A stretch of 64,000 bases of DNA from an uncultured Alphaproteobacteria bacterium (GCA_963732085.1 CAVSYJ010000011.1:95411-159410), one strand, 5' to 3'; shown: positions 20,065-31,731, counted from the stretch's first letter. Program-made: numbers and translations. The notes: generated from the sequence alone by a model not told the origin.

Positions 20065-20175
20065 AGGCTATTCTTGCGTATCGTGTGCCGCCGCGCCACA
20101 GGGGAATTGGGGTTGGAGCGGTGGCCGAAATTGGCTAGTAATTTCACGCGCGTGACTCGCGCGGGGGAAGCGGAA

Positions 20176-20943
20176 ATGACCTATTGTTGCGGCATATTGG
20201 TGCGGGACGGGCTGGTCATGATCGCCGACACCAGGACCAATGCCGGCCTCGACAACATCTCGACCTTCCGCAAACTGCATGTCTTCACCAAGCCGGGCGA
20301 GCGGATCATGGCGGTCGCGACCGCCGGCAATCTCGCGATCAGCCAGTCCGTGCTCTCGACATTGACCGAGGGCACCGAGGACCCCACCACCGGCGAGATC
20401 GAAACGCTGATGAACGCGCCGACCATGTTCCAGGCCGCGCAGCGCATCGGCCGTGCGATCCGGCAGGTGCATATCACCGAAGGCCCCGCGCTGAAATCCG
20501 AGGACGTCAGCTTCGACGTGTCGTTCCTGTTCGGCGGCCAGATCAAGGGCTCGCGGATGCGGCTGTTCATGGTTTACACCGCCGGCAATTTCATCGAATG
20601 CACCACCGACACGCCCTATCTGCAGATCGGCGAACACAAATACGGCAAACCGGTGCTGGATCGCGCCATGCACTACGACGTCGAAATCTACGATGCGCTG
20701 AAGACCGGCTTGATCTCGATGGACTCGACCATGCGCTCCAACCTCGGCGTGGGACTTCCGATCGACGTGCTGGTGGTGCGCACCGATACCTGCGACGCCG
20801 ATCTCAATCACCGCATCGAGGCCGGCGAACCCTACTTCCACGATCTGCGCTCGCGCTGGTCGGCGGCGCTGCGCGCGGCGCATCAGAACATCCCGCGGCC
20901 GCCCTACAAGGTGGAATCGGAAGCTAAACGTAACCAACAATAA
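20176..20943 (+). CDS. Proteasome-type Ntn protease (Anbu)
   Basis: M-T-YCCGILVRDGLVMIADTRTNAGLDNISTFRKLH (N-terminal Thr nucleophile), AGNLA, QIGEHKYGKPVLDR, SMDSTMRSNL. Confidence 0.93.
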   Translation: MTYCCGILVRDGLVMIADTRTNAGLDNISTFRKLHVFTKPGERIMAVATAGNLAISQSVLSTLTEGTEDPTTGEIETLMNAPTMFQAAQRIGRAIRQVHITEGPALKSEDVSFDVSFLFGGQIKGSRMRLFMVYTAGNFIECTTDTPYLQIGEHKYGKPVLDRAMHYDVEIYDALKTGLISMDSTMRSNLGVGLPIDVLVVRTDTCDADLNHRIEAGEPYFHDLRSRWSAALRAAHQNIPRPPYKVESEAKRNQQ

Positions 20944-20958
20944 CAAGGCGAGGAAACA

Positions 20959-21723
20959 ATGACTGAAGCAACCAACAAGATCGCAGTGGTGACCGGCGCG
21001 GGCACCGGTGTCGGACGCGCGGCATCGCTGGCGCTGATGAATGCCGGCTTCACCGTAGTGCTTGCCGGGCGCCGCAAGGAGATGCTGGAGGAGACCTCGA
21101 AGCTCGGCGACAATATCGGCAAGAGCCTGCCCGTGGTCGCCGACGTGAGCAAGCCGGAGTCGATCGCGGCGCTGTTCAAGAAGGTGCAGGACACCTATGG
21201 CCGGCTCGACGTGCTCTTCAACAATGCCGGCATGGGCGCGCCTCCCGTGAATTTCGAGGACCTGCCGCTGGAGCAATGGCAGGCGGTGGTGAATACCAAC
21301 TTGACCGGTCCGTTCCTGTGCACGCAGCACGCCTTCCGCATCATGAAGGACCAGAGCCCGCGCGGTGGCCGCATCATCAACAACGGCTCGATCTCGGCGC
21401 ATGCGCCGCGGCCCTACTCGACGGCCTACACCTCGACCAAGCACGCCATCACGGGCCTGACCAAGTCGAGCAACCTCGACGGACGCAAATACGACATCGC
21501 GGTCGGCCAGGTCGACATCGGCAATGCCGCGACGCCAATGACCGACCGCATGGTCAGCGGCCCCGGCGTGATGCAGCCCGACGGCAAGATGATGCAGGAG
21601 CCGCGGATGGACGCCAAGGCGGTCGGCGACGCCGTGGCCTACATGGCCTCACTGCCGCTCGACGCCAACGTGCTGTTCATGACGGTGATGGCATCGAAGA
21701 TGCCGTTCGTCGGCCGGGGGTAG
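20959..21723 (+). CDS. Short-chain dehydrogenase/reductase
   Basis: [17 protein letters not shown] (YxxxK). Confidence 0.92.
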   Translation: MTEATNKIAVVTGAGTGVGRAASLALMNAGFTVVLAGRRKEMLEETSKLGDNIGKSLPVVADVSKPESIAALFKKVQDTYGRLDVLFNNAGMGAPPVNFEDLPLEQWQAVVNTNLTGPFLCTQHAFRIMKDQSPRGGRIINNGSISAHAPRPYSTAYTSTKHAITGLTKSSNLDGRKYDIAVGQVDIGNAATPMTDRMVSGPGVMQPDGKMMQEPRMDAKAVGDAVAYMASLPLDANVLFMTVMASKMPFVGRG

Positions 21724-21838
21724 CGCGGCCTATGCCTTCCGCCTAGCCTGCTCGGCGCATGCGCCTCGACGGGACTTCCTCGGCTTCGTTGCTTGCGCTC
21801 ACCTCAGGGCGATAGACGGGCTGAAGCTTAGGCTTTCG

Positions 21839-22855
21839 CTACTGCTCGCCTGTGTCCTGCGCTTGCGGCGACTTGCTCGGCTTCGCTTGCGCTTTCACGG
21901 CATGCCATCCCTTGCCGAGGAACGGGTGCAGCGGCTCGCGGGGGCTGGCGCTGATGTCGTAATTGAGGAACGACAGCACGAGCTGGAAGCCGATCAGGAA
22001 GGTCAGCGCCGCGATCATGATGGTGCCGGTCGGCACCAGCTGGTCCGGCGGCGCGGCCCACCAGTGATAGAGCCCGAAGGCCAGGCCGAACAGGAACAGG
22101 CCCGAGCCCGCGACCAGCTGCAACGAGGCCAGGGAAAAGTCGCGGAAGAAATAGCGGTAGAGGATGCGGCGCGTGGTGTTGCGCAGGTGCCCGGCGAGAA
22201 ACGGCGCAAGCTGGTGCGCGACGCGCAGGTTCGAGACCTCGTTGCCGTAGAAAGCGCGCATCGGAAATTCGACGACCTTGGCGCGGACCAGGCCGAGGTG
22301 AAACAACAGGTCGGTTTCGAAGAAGAAACGTTTGGCGATGCGCTCGTCGTCCAGCAGTTCCGCGACGCGCGCGTGGATCGCAAAGAAGCCGTTGGTCGGA
22401 TCCATGATGGTCCAGTAGCCGGTCGAGAGTTTCGCGAAAAACGACAGCGCGAGATTGCCGAAGCGGCGCACCGGCGGCATCGACGCCGCATTGGTCAGGA
22501 AGAAGAAGCGGTCGCCCTTGACGTAATCCGCCTGCCCGCTCGCGATCGGGTGGATCAAAGCCGGCACCTGCGCCGGATTCATCTGGCCGTCGGCGTCGAG
22601 TTTGACGATGATGTCGGCGCCGCGCTGGATGGCGTAGCGCATGCCGGTGAGGAAGGCGCCGCCGACGCCCTGATTGGCGTCGTGCATCAGCGCCACGACG
22701 CGCTTGTCGCTGCGGCTGTTGGCGACCACAACGCCGGTCCCCTCGGGGCAGCCGTCGTCGACGACCACGATCAGGTCGATCTCCGGACCGATGCCCGCGA
22801 TCACCTGCAGGATCGTGCCGGCCGCGCGGTACGCTGGGATGACGACACAATTCAT
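21839..22855 (-). CDS. GT2 glycosyltransferase (polyprenol-phosphate glycosyltransferase-like) with two C-terminal TM helices
   Basis: VVIPAY, VVDDG, NQGVGGA, KLDADGQ, DPTNGF, FFETD. Confidence 0.9.
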   Translation of the reverse strand: MNCVVIPAYRAAGTILQVIAGIGPEIDLIVVVDDGCPEGTGVVVANSRSDKRVVALMHDANQGVGGAFLTGMRYAIQRGADIIVKLDADGQMNPAQVPALIHPIASGQADYVKGDRFFFLTNAASMPPVRRFGNLALSFFAKLSTGYWTIMDPTNGFFAIHARVAELLDDERIAKRFFFETDLLFHLGLVRAKVVEFPMRAFYGNEVSNLRVAHQLAPFLAGHLRNTTRRILYRYFFRDFSLASLQLVAGSGLFLFGLAFGLYHWWAAPPDQLVPTGTIMIAALTFLIGFQLVLSFLNYDISASPREPLHPFLGKGWHAVKAQAKPSKSPQAQDTGEQ

Positions 22856-22932
22856 GGCAGAGCCCAAAGCCGTGCCGGCGCGGTGAAATGGCGCGTGCGG
22901 GCACAGAGTCCAGAAGCTTTGCGGGGTTCCCC

Positions 22933-22947
22933 CTAAGAATATCTTAA
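22933..22947. promoter_or_regulatory. CtrA-like box
   Basis: CTAA-gaatatc-TTAA, one mismatch to TTAA-N7-TTAA, between the divergent glycosyltransferase genes. Confidence 0.4.
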
Positions 22948-23017
22948 TTCCCGCTTTCTAGATTGTGGCCTGGCCCGCCTGCCGCCCGATTTTCGCAGGT
23001 CCGGCGCAAGGACCGCC

Positions 23018-24285
23018 ATGTCAAATCCCGGCCTGATGACGCGCGAAGGCTCTGGCCTGCGGACACTTGTTCGCAACCTCGCGCCTGCGACGCGCGACCC
23101 CGACAATGCGGAATTCCTGCGTGCGCTGCTCGTGCTCGGTGGCGCGCTGTTTGCCCTGACGATTGCGACCTATCTCGCCACCACCAACTGGGCCGGCGCG
23201 TTTCCGCGCGACAAGGCGACGCTGGTGCTCGGGCGCGACTTCCTGAATCTCTGGATGTATGGCCGCGCGCTGTTCGAGAACGGCGAGCCCGCGCGCTTCT
23301 ACGATGTGGCAACCTATAACGATGCGCTCGCGCAGATGCTGGGCGCGGGCTACCCCGGCCAGAACTGGCCGAACCCACCCACCGCGCTTGTCGTGATGGC
23401 TCCGTTCGGGCTGCTCGGCTATTTCCCCGCGCTGTGGCGTGGGCTGCGGTGAGCTTCCTCGCTTTCTATCTTGCCGGCCGTCGCGAAGTCGCGGACCTGC
23501 GCACGCTCGCAATCGTCGCGGTTTCGCCGGCCGCGCTGCTTTGCGTGCTATCGGGCAAAGTTCGCTGCTGACCACCGCCGCGCTGCTCGCGATCTTCGCG
23601 CAGCTCGACAAGCGGCCGCACATCGCGGGCATGCTGATCGGACTGCTCACGGTCAAGCCGCAGTTGGGCATTCTCTTTCCCTTCATGCTGATTGCCTCCG
23701 GGCGCTGGCGCGTGTTCTTCGCAGCCGGTGTTACAGCGGTGGCGCTGCTCGCGGCCAGCGTCGCGCTCGGCGGCGTCGAGGGCTGGCATGAATACGTCGT
23801 CAAGGCGCTGCCGCTGCAGCGCGAGGTGCTGCAGGATGCCGCCGGCACGGCGATGCCGTTCCATCCGACGATCTTCATGAATATCCGCGGACTCGTCGGC
23901 AACCACGTCCGCGGAGATGATCCAGTTCACCTTCACGCTCGCTGCTGTTGCCGCGGTGTCGGCCGCCTTCCGCACTCGCGGGGATGCCGACCCGCGGATC
24001 CTGCAAGCGCTGTTCTTCGCCTGCACGGTATCGGCCTCGCCCTATATGGGCGCCTACGATCTGCTGCCGTTGACTTTTGCCGCGGTCGCGCTGATCGCGG
24101 AGGAGAAGCTCGACGCGAGAGGCCGGCGGCTGGCGCAGCTGGTGTACTGGACTCCTGCCCTGCAACTCCTGTTCGGAACCGTACAGCTTCCCGGACCCGG
24201 CTTCATCGCGCCGCTGTTTGCGGCCCATCTGTTGCAGCGGCTGTTCAAGCCCGTCGCGATCGCAGCCGCGCAGCCTGCTGAATGA
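23018..24285 (+). CDS. GT87/DUF2029 membrane glycosyltransferase, multiple frameshifts
   Basis: Three ORF pieces: GRDFLNLW...NWPNPP, then GQSSLL...GLLTVKPQLG, then SPYMGAYDL. Confidence 0.85.
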
Positions 24286-25509
24286 CTATTCCAGCGTCTC
24301 GACGTCGCGCAACGTCGGGAACAGCCGCATCCACAACAGCGCGATCGCAACCGTGGCGGCGCCACCGAGCACCGCCGCCGGCACCGTGCCGAACAGCGCG
24401 GCGGTGACGCCGCTTTCGAACTGGCCGAGCTGGTTCGAGGCATTGATGAACAGGAAATTGACCGCGCCGACCCGGCCGCGCATCGCGTCCGGCGTGCGCA
24501 GCTGCACCAGCGAGAAGCGGATCACCACGCTCACCGTATCGGCAGCGCCGAGCACCGCAAGCGACAGCACCGACAGCCACATCCAGCGCGACAGCGCGAA
24601 GGCGACGGTAGCCACACCGAACACGATCACCGCCTGGAACATGCGCAATCCCACACGGCTGCTGATGGCGTGCCGCGCCAGGACAATCGTCGTGAGCAGC
24701 GCGCCGACCGCGGGCGCGGCGCGCAGCACGCCGAGGCCGGACGGGCCGGTCTGCAGGATGTCGCGCGCATAGATCGGCAATAGCGCGGTGACGCCACCGA
24801 ACAATACCGCGAACAGATCGAGCGAGATCGTGCCGAGGATCGCGGGCTCGCTGCGGATGAAGCGGACGCCGGCGTAGATGTTGTCCTCCGTCACGATGTC
24901 CCCGGCGGCGGCGGTCTCCTTCAACCTGATCGCACCGGCGAGCAGCGTTCCCGATAGCCAGAACAGCACCATGATGCCGTAGGCCAAAGCCGGTGAAACG
25001 GCATAGGCGAGACCGCCGAGCGCGGGCCCGGCAATGGTCGCGACCTGCGCCGCGCCGCTCGACATGGCGGTGGCGCGCTGCAGCGACCCTTGCGGCGCAA
25101 TCAACGGCAACAGCGCCGAGGTCGCCGGGCCTTCGAATGCCGCAGTCGTTCCGAGGATGAAGGTGGCGATGAAGATGTGACTTGCCGCAAGCCAGCCCGA
25201 ATAGGCGCCCCACGCGAGGAACACCGTCGTCAGCGCTTCCGCAAGCTGGCAGAGCTGCATGATCCGCTTGCGTTCGTAACGATCCGCCGCATGTCCGGCC
25301 ACGAACACCAGCAACGCCGTCGGCAGAAATCCGACCAAGCCCACCAGCCCGAGAGCGAATGCGCTGTCGGTCAGATCATAGAGCTGCCAGCCGATCGCCA
25401 CGATGCCGATCAGGCTGGCGAAGCGCGACAGGCATCGCGACAGCAGGAAGAAGATGAACGGAGGCTGTTTGAGCAATGTGCCGGCATCCGCCGGCGCGAG
25501 GGACGACAT
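24286..25509 (-). CDS. MFS transporter
   Basis: About 12 hydrophobic segments, GHAADRYERKR, TPDAMRGRV. Confidence 0.92.
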   Translation of the reverse strand: MSSLAPADAGTLLKQPPFIFFLLSRCLSRFASLIGIVAIGWQLYDLTDSAFALGLVGLVGFLPTALLVFVAGHAADRYERKRIMQLCQLAEALTTVFLAWGAYSGWLAASHIFIATFILGTTAAFEGPATSALLPLIAPQGSLQRATAMSSGAAQVATIAGPALGGLAYAVSPALAYGIMVLFWLSGTLLAGAIRLKETAAAGDIVTEDNIYAGVRFIRSEPAILGTISLDLFAVLFGGVTALLPIYARDILQTGPSGLGVLRAAPAVGALLTTIVLARHAISSRVGLRMFQAVIVFGVATVAFALSRWMWLSVLSLAVLGAADTVSVVIRFSLVQLRTPDAMRGRVGAVNFLFINASNQLGQFESGVTAALFGTVPAAVLGGAATVAIALLWMRLFPTLRDVETLE

Positions 25510-25617
25510 GCGGCCTTGCGTGGACGACGGCGGTGCGGCTGTCAATGGTTACCCCGCGCATGGCATTGCGCTGCGCCGCGTGTCACGCTCATAATAAGCA
25601 GGGCTTCGGGGGAATTC

Positions 25618-26868
25618 ATGCTTCAACTGCAATCGGCGCTCGGCATTGTCGCGTTGCTGGCGATCGCATGGGCCATCAGCGAGAACCGCCGCACGGTCTC
25701 GCTCAGGCAGGCCGCGATCGGGCTTGCGATGACGCTCGTCACCGCGATCATCCTGATCAAGCTACCGTTCGTCGACGCGCGCTTTCGGCGCCATCAACGA
25801 CGCGGTCGGCGCGATCGCGTCGGCCACGCGCGCCGGTACGTCCTTCGTGTTCGGCTATCTCGGCGGCGCCCCGCCGCCGTTCGATCCCAAAACACCGGGC
25901 TCCGATTTCATCCTCGCGCTGCAGGCCCTGCCGATCGTGCTGGTCATGAGCGTGCTGACCACGCTGCTGTTTTACTGGCGCGTACTGCCGCCGATCGTGC
26001 GCGGCATGGCGTGGCTGCTCGGGCGCACGCTTGGCGTCGGCGGCGCGGTCGGGCTGTCGACCGCCGCCAACATTTTTCTCGGCATGGTCGAGTCGCCCTT
26101 GTTCGTGCGGCCCTACCTCGCGCAGATGACGCGCAGCGAATTGTTCCTCGTGATGACCGGCGGCATGGCGGGGATCGCCGGCACCGTGCTGGTGCTCTAT
26201 GCCACCTTGCTCGCGCCGCTGATTCCCGACGCCGCCGCGCATTTCGTCATCGCATCCGTGCTGGGCGCGCCGGCCGCGATCCTGGTCAGCCTGATCATGG
26301 TGCCGGAAACAACGACCGCCGCACCGGAGGCGCGCTGGACGATCCCCACTTGCAGGCGTCCGGCACGATGGATGCCATCGTCAAGGGGACCTCGGCCGGG
26401 CTCGAACTCTTGCTCAACATCATCGCGATGCTGATCGTGCTGGTGGCGCTGGTGCATCTCTGCAACGCCATCCTCGGCCTATTGCCCGACATCGGCGGCG
26501 CGCCGATCTCGCTGCAGCGGATGCTCGGGCTGGTGATGGCCCCGGTGTGCTGGCTGATGGGCCTGCCCTGGCCGCAGGCGGTTACGGCGGGAAGCCTGAT
26601 GGGCACCAAGACGGTGCTGAACGAGCTGATCGCCTATGTCGATTTCTCGAAGCTCGCGCCCGGCGCGCTCGACGCGCGTTCGCGGCTGATCATGCTCTAT
26701 GCGATGTGCGGCTTTGCCAATTTCGGCAGCCTCGGCATCATGATCGCGGGGCTCGGCACCATGGCGCCGGAGCGGCGCGAGGAGATCAATGCGTTGGGCG
26801 TGAAGTCGATCGTCTCGGGGACGATCGTGACGTGCCTGATAGGAGCGATCGTGGGGGTGCTGACGTAG
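25618..26868 (+). CDS. NupC/CNT nucleoside:cation symporter, frameshifted
   Basis: WAISENRR, GTSFVFGYLG, AANIFLGMVESP, GTKTVLNELIAY, CGFANFGSLGI; frame breaks near 25775 and 26310. Confidence 0.9.
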   Translation: MLQLQSALGIVALLAIAWAISENRRTVSLRQAAIGLAMTLVTAIILIKLPFVDARFRRHQRRGRRDRVGHARRYVLRVRLSRRRPAAVRSQNTGLRFHPRAAGPADRAGHERADHAAVLLARTAADRARHGVAARAHAWRRRRGRAVDRRQHFSRHGRVALVRAALPRADDAQRIVPRDDRRHGGDRRHRAGALCHLARAADSRRRRAFRHRIRAGRAGRDPGQPDHGAGNNDRRTGGALDDPHLQASGTMDAIVKGTSAGLELLLNIIAMLIVLVALVHLCNAILGLLPDIGGAPISLQRMLGLVMAPVCWLMGLPWPQAVTAGSLMGTKTVLNELIAYVDFSKLAPGALDARSRLIMLYAMCGFANFGSLGIMIAGLGTMAPERREEINALGVKSIVSGTIVTCLIGAIVGVLT

Positions 26869-26870
26869 AT

Positions 26871-26949
26871 CGTCATTGCGAGGAGCGTAACGACGAACCA
26901 ATCCAGAACGAGAGGACAGATGGATTGCTTCGCTTCGCTCGCAATGACG
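26871..26949. repeat. CGTC-type palindromic repeat, family A
   Basis: cgtcattgcgag...ctcgcaatgacg, reverse orientation relative to the 3275 copy. Confidence 0.88.
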
Positions 26950-26956
26950 GTCGAAA

Positions 26957-27500
26957 CTACGCCGCCAGCTCCGTCGTCTTGAAGTCGGCCGGCAGGATGA
27001 CCTCGAGCAACTCGACGTCGTCGGAGTAATCCATGATCAAATGCCGGATTTTCGGCGGCTGGGTCCAGCACGCATTCTGCTGGTACGTCGTCTCGCCGAC
27101 GCCGTCCATGTAGGTCTTCACCCAGCCCTTGAGCACATAGACCATCTGGAATTCGACGTCGTGGAAATGCAATTTGGAGACTTCCTCCGGATTGCACGGC
27201 CCGATCAGCCGGATCACATGCGCGCGCGCCAGTCCATGGGTGGCATCGGCAATGCCGAGGTCGCGGTACTGCGCGTAGGCACGCATGCCGTCGGCCTTGA
27301 AATCTTGCTCGCGGTGATGGCTCGTCGCGACGCGTTGCTTCGGCCGTGCGCGCTTCGCAGGGACCGGCGCCCTGCCCTTGCTGGCGAGTTTCTTGCGCGC
27401 GGTAGATTTGACGGCGGGCTTGCGCGGCGGCGGATTTTTTCTGCGCGGCGCGCTTGGTGGCGGCGCGGGCGGTTTTCTTCTTCGGCTTCTTGCTGGCCAT
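26957..27500 (-). CDS. Cupin-domain protein with Lys/Ala-rich N-terminal tail, frameshifted
   Basis: MASKKPKKKTARAATKRAAQKK, then YRDLGIA, LHFHDVEFQMVYVLKGW, QPPKIRH. Confidence 0.82.
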
Positions 27501-27550
27501 CGGTGCTCTCCCTACGTGTCGTTGCGAAGAGAGTAGCACAAGTCGCGATG

Positions 27551-27635
27551 CGTAGGGTGGGCAAAGCCGCAGCGTGACCCAGCGAGATCGTTAGACGCGG
27601 GGCACGGCGAAGAGCGCTTCATAACCCGCCCTACG
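27551..27635. repeat. GTAG-type REP-like doublet, degenerate
   Basis: cgtagggtgggcaaagc...cccgccctacg, similar to 8606. Confidence 0.75.
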
Positions 27636-27650
27636 ATTCCGAAGTCTGCT

Positions 27651-27938
27651 TCAATGCAGCCGGAACACGCCGTCGACGGCGCGGAGCTCCGCCGGCTTGA
27701 TCAGCTTGGAATGCGCCACCGTCACCTTGAACAGCGGGCCTTCCAGCTTCTCTTCCCAGAACTGCAGGAAATCCTTCAGCGCCGGAAATCTCGGAAACAG
27801 ATCGTAGTTCTGCCAGACATAGGTCTGAAGGATCGAGGGATGATCCGGCATCCGGTAAAGGATCTCAGCCGTGGTCAGCCCATACCCAAGCGCCAGTTTC
27901 CGGAAGTCTTCGGAAACAACCCCAACCCGCGACGTCAT
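27651..27938 (-). CDS. usg: Usg family protein
   Basis: GYGLTTAEILYRMPDHP, LQTYVWQNYD, FWEEKLEGPL; AGGAGG RBS. Confidence 0.92.
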   Translation of the reverse strand: MTSRVGVVSEDFRKLALGYGLTTAEILYRMPDHPSILQTYVWQNYDLFPRFPALKDFLQFWEEKLEGPLFKVTVAHSKLIKPAELRAVDGVFRLH

Positions 27939-28062
27939 GCCGTCCTCCTTTGCAGGAGCGCATTCGCGAGGGGTAGCTGCCTTGCCGGAGCCACCCCGGC
28001 TTGAGATGCGCTCACATGAAACAAATGTGACGCACGCAACCAACGCATCACAAGCCCAAATG

Positions 28063-28078
28063 GTTAATGAATTGTTGA
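28063..28078 (-). promoter_or_regulatory. CtrA-like box 1
   Basis: Minus strand TCAA-caattca-TTAAC, one mismatch to TTAA-N7-TTAAC. Confidence 0.45.
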
Positions 28079-28089
28079 AAAATGATGCA

Positions 28090-28116
28090 TTGGCAGCAGC
28101 TTACCGCGACTGCTAA
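28090..28116. promoter_or_regulatory. CIRCE-like element 1
   Basis: TTGGCAGCA-N9-GACTGCTAA versus consensus TTAGCACTC-N9-GAGTGCTAA. Confidence 0.6.
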
Positions 28117-28140
28117 CCCCTCGCGGCGCAGCCCATCAGC

Positions 28141-28156
28141 GTTAACGATGCTTTTA
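28141..28156 (-). promoter_or_regulatory. CtrA-like box 2
   Basis: Minus strand TAAA-agcatcg-TTAAC, one mismatch. Confidence 0.45.
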
Positions 28157-28162
28157 AACTCT

Positions 28163-28189
28163 CTGGCAGGCGGCGACTGCGACTGCCAA
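28163..28189. promoter_or_regulatory. CIRCE-like element 2
   Basis: CTGGCAGGC-N9-GACTGCCAA. Confidence 0.55.
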
Positions 28190-28243
28190 TTTTTCTGCTA
28201 AAGGCCCTTGTCCGCGAACGGACTCTGGCTTAACTCATGGCGG

Positions 28244-28270
28244 CTGGCACTCGCTCGAGGCGATTGCTAG
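28244..28270. promoter_or_regulatory. CIRCE (HrcA operator) of groESL
   Basis: CTGGCACTC-N9-GATTGCTAG, downstream of a CTTG-N18-CTTAACT promoter-like motif and 43 bp before groES. Confidence 0.8.
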
Positions 28271-28313
28271 CACCCAAAACTCTCTAACAAATAGAATATC
28301 TTAGGAGGACTGC

Positions 28314-28631
28314 ATGAAATTCCGTCCGCTTCACGACCGCGTCGTGGTCAAGCGCATCGACGCCGAAGAGAAGACCGCTGGCGGCATCATCATTCCCGAC
28401 ACTGCCAAGGAAAAGCCCTCCCAGGGCGAAGTCACCGCCGTCGGCCCCGGTGGCCGCGACGAGGCCGGCAAGCTGATCCCGATCGACATCAAGGTCGGCG
28501 ACCGCGTGCTGTTTGGCAAATGGTCGGGCACCGAAGTCAAGATCGACAACGTCGACCTGTTGATCATGAAAGAAAGCGACATCATGGGCGTTCTCACCGA
28601 CGTCCCCGCCGCCAAGAAGAAGGCCGCTTAA
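28314..28631 (+). CDS. groES: Co-chaperonin GroES
   Basis: [30 protein letters not shown]; AGGAGG RBS. Confidence 0.99.
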   Translation: MKFRPLHDRVVVKRIDAEEKTAGGIIIPDTAKEKPSQGEVTAVGPGGRDEAGKLIPIDIKVGDRVLFGKWSGTEVKIDNVDLLIMKESDIMGVLTDVPAAKKKAA

Positions 28632-28644
28632 TCCAACGCCAGCG

Positions 28645-30417
<1,773 letters not shown>

Positions 30418-30446
30418 TCCGAGCGCTCAGGCGAAGATACGAAATG

Positions 30447-30482
30447 CAAAACCCCGGCAGCGATGCCGGGGTTTTTGTTTTG
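30447..30482 (+). terminator. Intrinsic terminator of groESL, probably bidirectional
   Basis: aaaaccccggca-gcga-tgccggggtttttgttt. Confidence 0.9.
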
Positions 30483-30543
30483 GAATCCAGCTACGCGACC
30501 GGAGAGACTCGCGACCAGATTGACAATCGACGACCGGCCGCCC

Positions 30544-30946
30544 TCAAAAATGCGGGACCACTTCGACACGGGCCTTGAGCAGCGCGGACGCCGGCTTTCC
30601 GTTCATCAGCTCGTACTCGAATCGTCGTCTCGAAATAATCGTTGCCGAGGAACCCCGTGCTTGGCCTATAAGCCGTGCTCGTCTCGTTGTCCGCCCAATA
30701 TCTTCCGTGTTTCGCGCTGACCAGGATCTTCTGCATGTGCATGGGGCCGAGCGAGCCATAGTTGATGTGACATTCGTGGTTCTGCAGTACCACGATGGTG
30801 ACCTTGACGGTGCAGTCTGGACAAAGGCTGATCCCCGGCACCTTGCAATCGCGATTGAAGCCGCCTCGCGCTTCGGCCGATCCTGATGTCGACACAGCCG
30901 ATGCCAGTAACGCCAACCACAAGATGATGTGTGAAGTCCGAGCCAT
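30544..30946 (-). CDS. Exported hypothetical protein, frameshift near 30625
   Basis: Signal peptide, four Cys, AYRPSTGFLGNDYF (Ig-like beta-rich motif), continuing as RFEYELMNG...VEVVPHF*. Confidence 0.7.
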
Positions 30947-31170
30947 GGTAGCGCTCGCTTTCCCCGGAGGATGCCGGGCGAGCTATAGCAGCGGAGGCCA
31001 ACTCCGCCGAATTGATAATCGGTAAGGAAAGGGGCTTGAGGCAGTGGCGGGCATGGCGTCGTGCTTCACCAGCCTCCGCTTTCAAGAGGAGGAGGAATGC
31101 GGATGATGGCCTCCCAAATCTGTTGCAAGAGATTTGGAGGCAAGTAATCTTGACAACCAGGGAACGCAAC

Positions 31171-31731
31171 ATGGCGCGGGTGAACGCAGTAAGCCGTCGG
31201 ATAGCATCAATATTTGTATTGTCGATGCTTGCGTTCTCGGTGGTGGATACGACGGCGTTTGCACAAGCCGGGGCGACCGGTGGCAGTGTCGGCAAGCGGG
31301 ACAAATCCATATCGGGGGATGGAGAGGCGCCGTCCGCCGCCTACGGTGCCGGCAAGAAGCCGCCGACACAGGCTGCCAAGCCGAATGAACGCACTGACTC
31401 GGCTTGCGAGCGCATTGCGGCCAACATTGGGGGAACCTGGAATTCATCAAGTCCAAGCTCGGTGTCGGAAGATATCAAACAGACAGGTTGTAGTTTTGTA
31501 GGCACGTTAACCACCCAATTGTTCAATCACGCCATTAGTGGCCACCATTCAGATGGCTCGAATTTTTCGCTGACAATTGCAAGAACGAACCGAATAACCG
31601 GGTGTATGACCGTGATGTCTGGAAGCATGAAAGTGATAAGCGCAGCGCAGATGCAATGGGTCATAACGAGGACCGATGGCAAGTGTGATCTGCCTGCAAA
31701 TTTTACGGAAAACCGGACGTGGACTCGCTGA
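31171..31731 (+). CDS. Exported hypothetical protein, AT-richer than flanks
   Basis: Signal peptide ending AFA-Q, GATGGSVGKRDKSISG linker, C-terminal beta-rich domain with four Cys. Confidence 0.7.
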   Translation: MARVNAVSRRIASIFVLSMLAFSVVDTTAFAQAGATGGSVGKRDKSISGDGEAPSAAYGAGKKPPTQAAKPNERTDSACERIAANIGGTWNSSSPSSVSEDIKQTGCSFVGTLTTQLFNHAISGHHSDGSNFSLTIARTNRITGCMTVMSGSMKVISAAQMQWVITRTDGKCDLPANFTENRTWTR

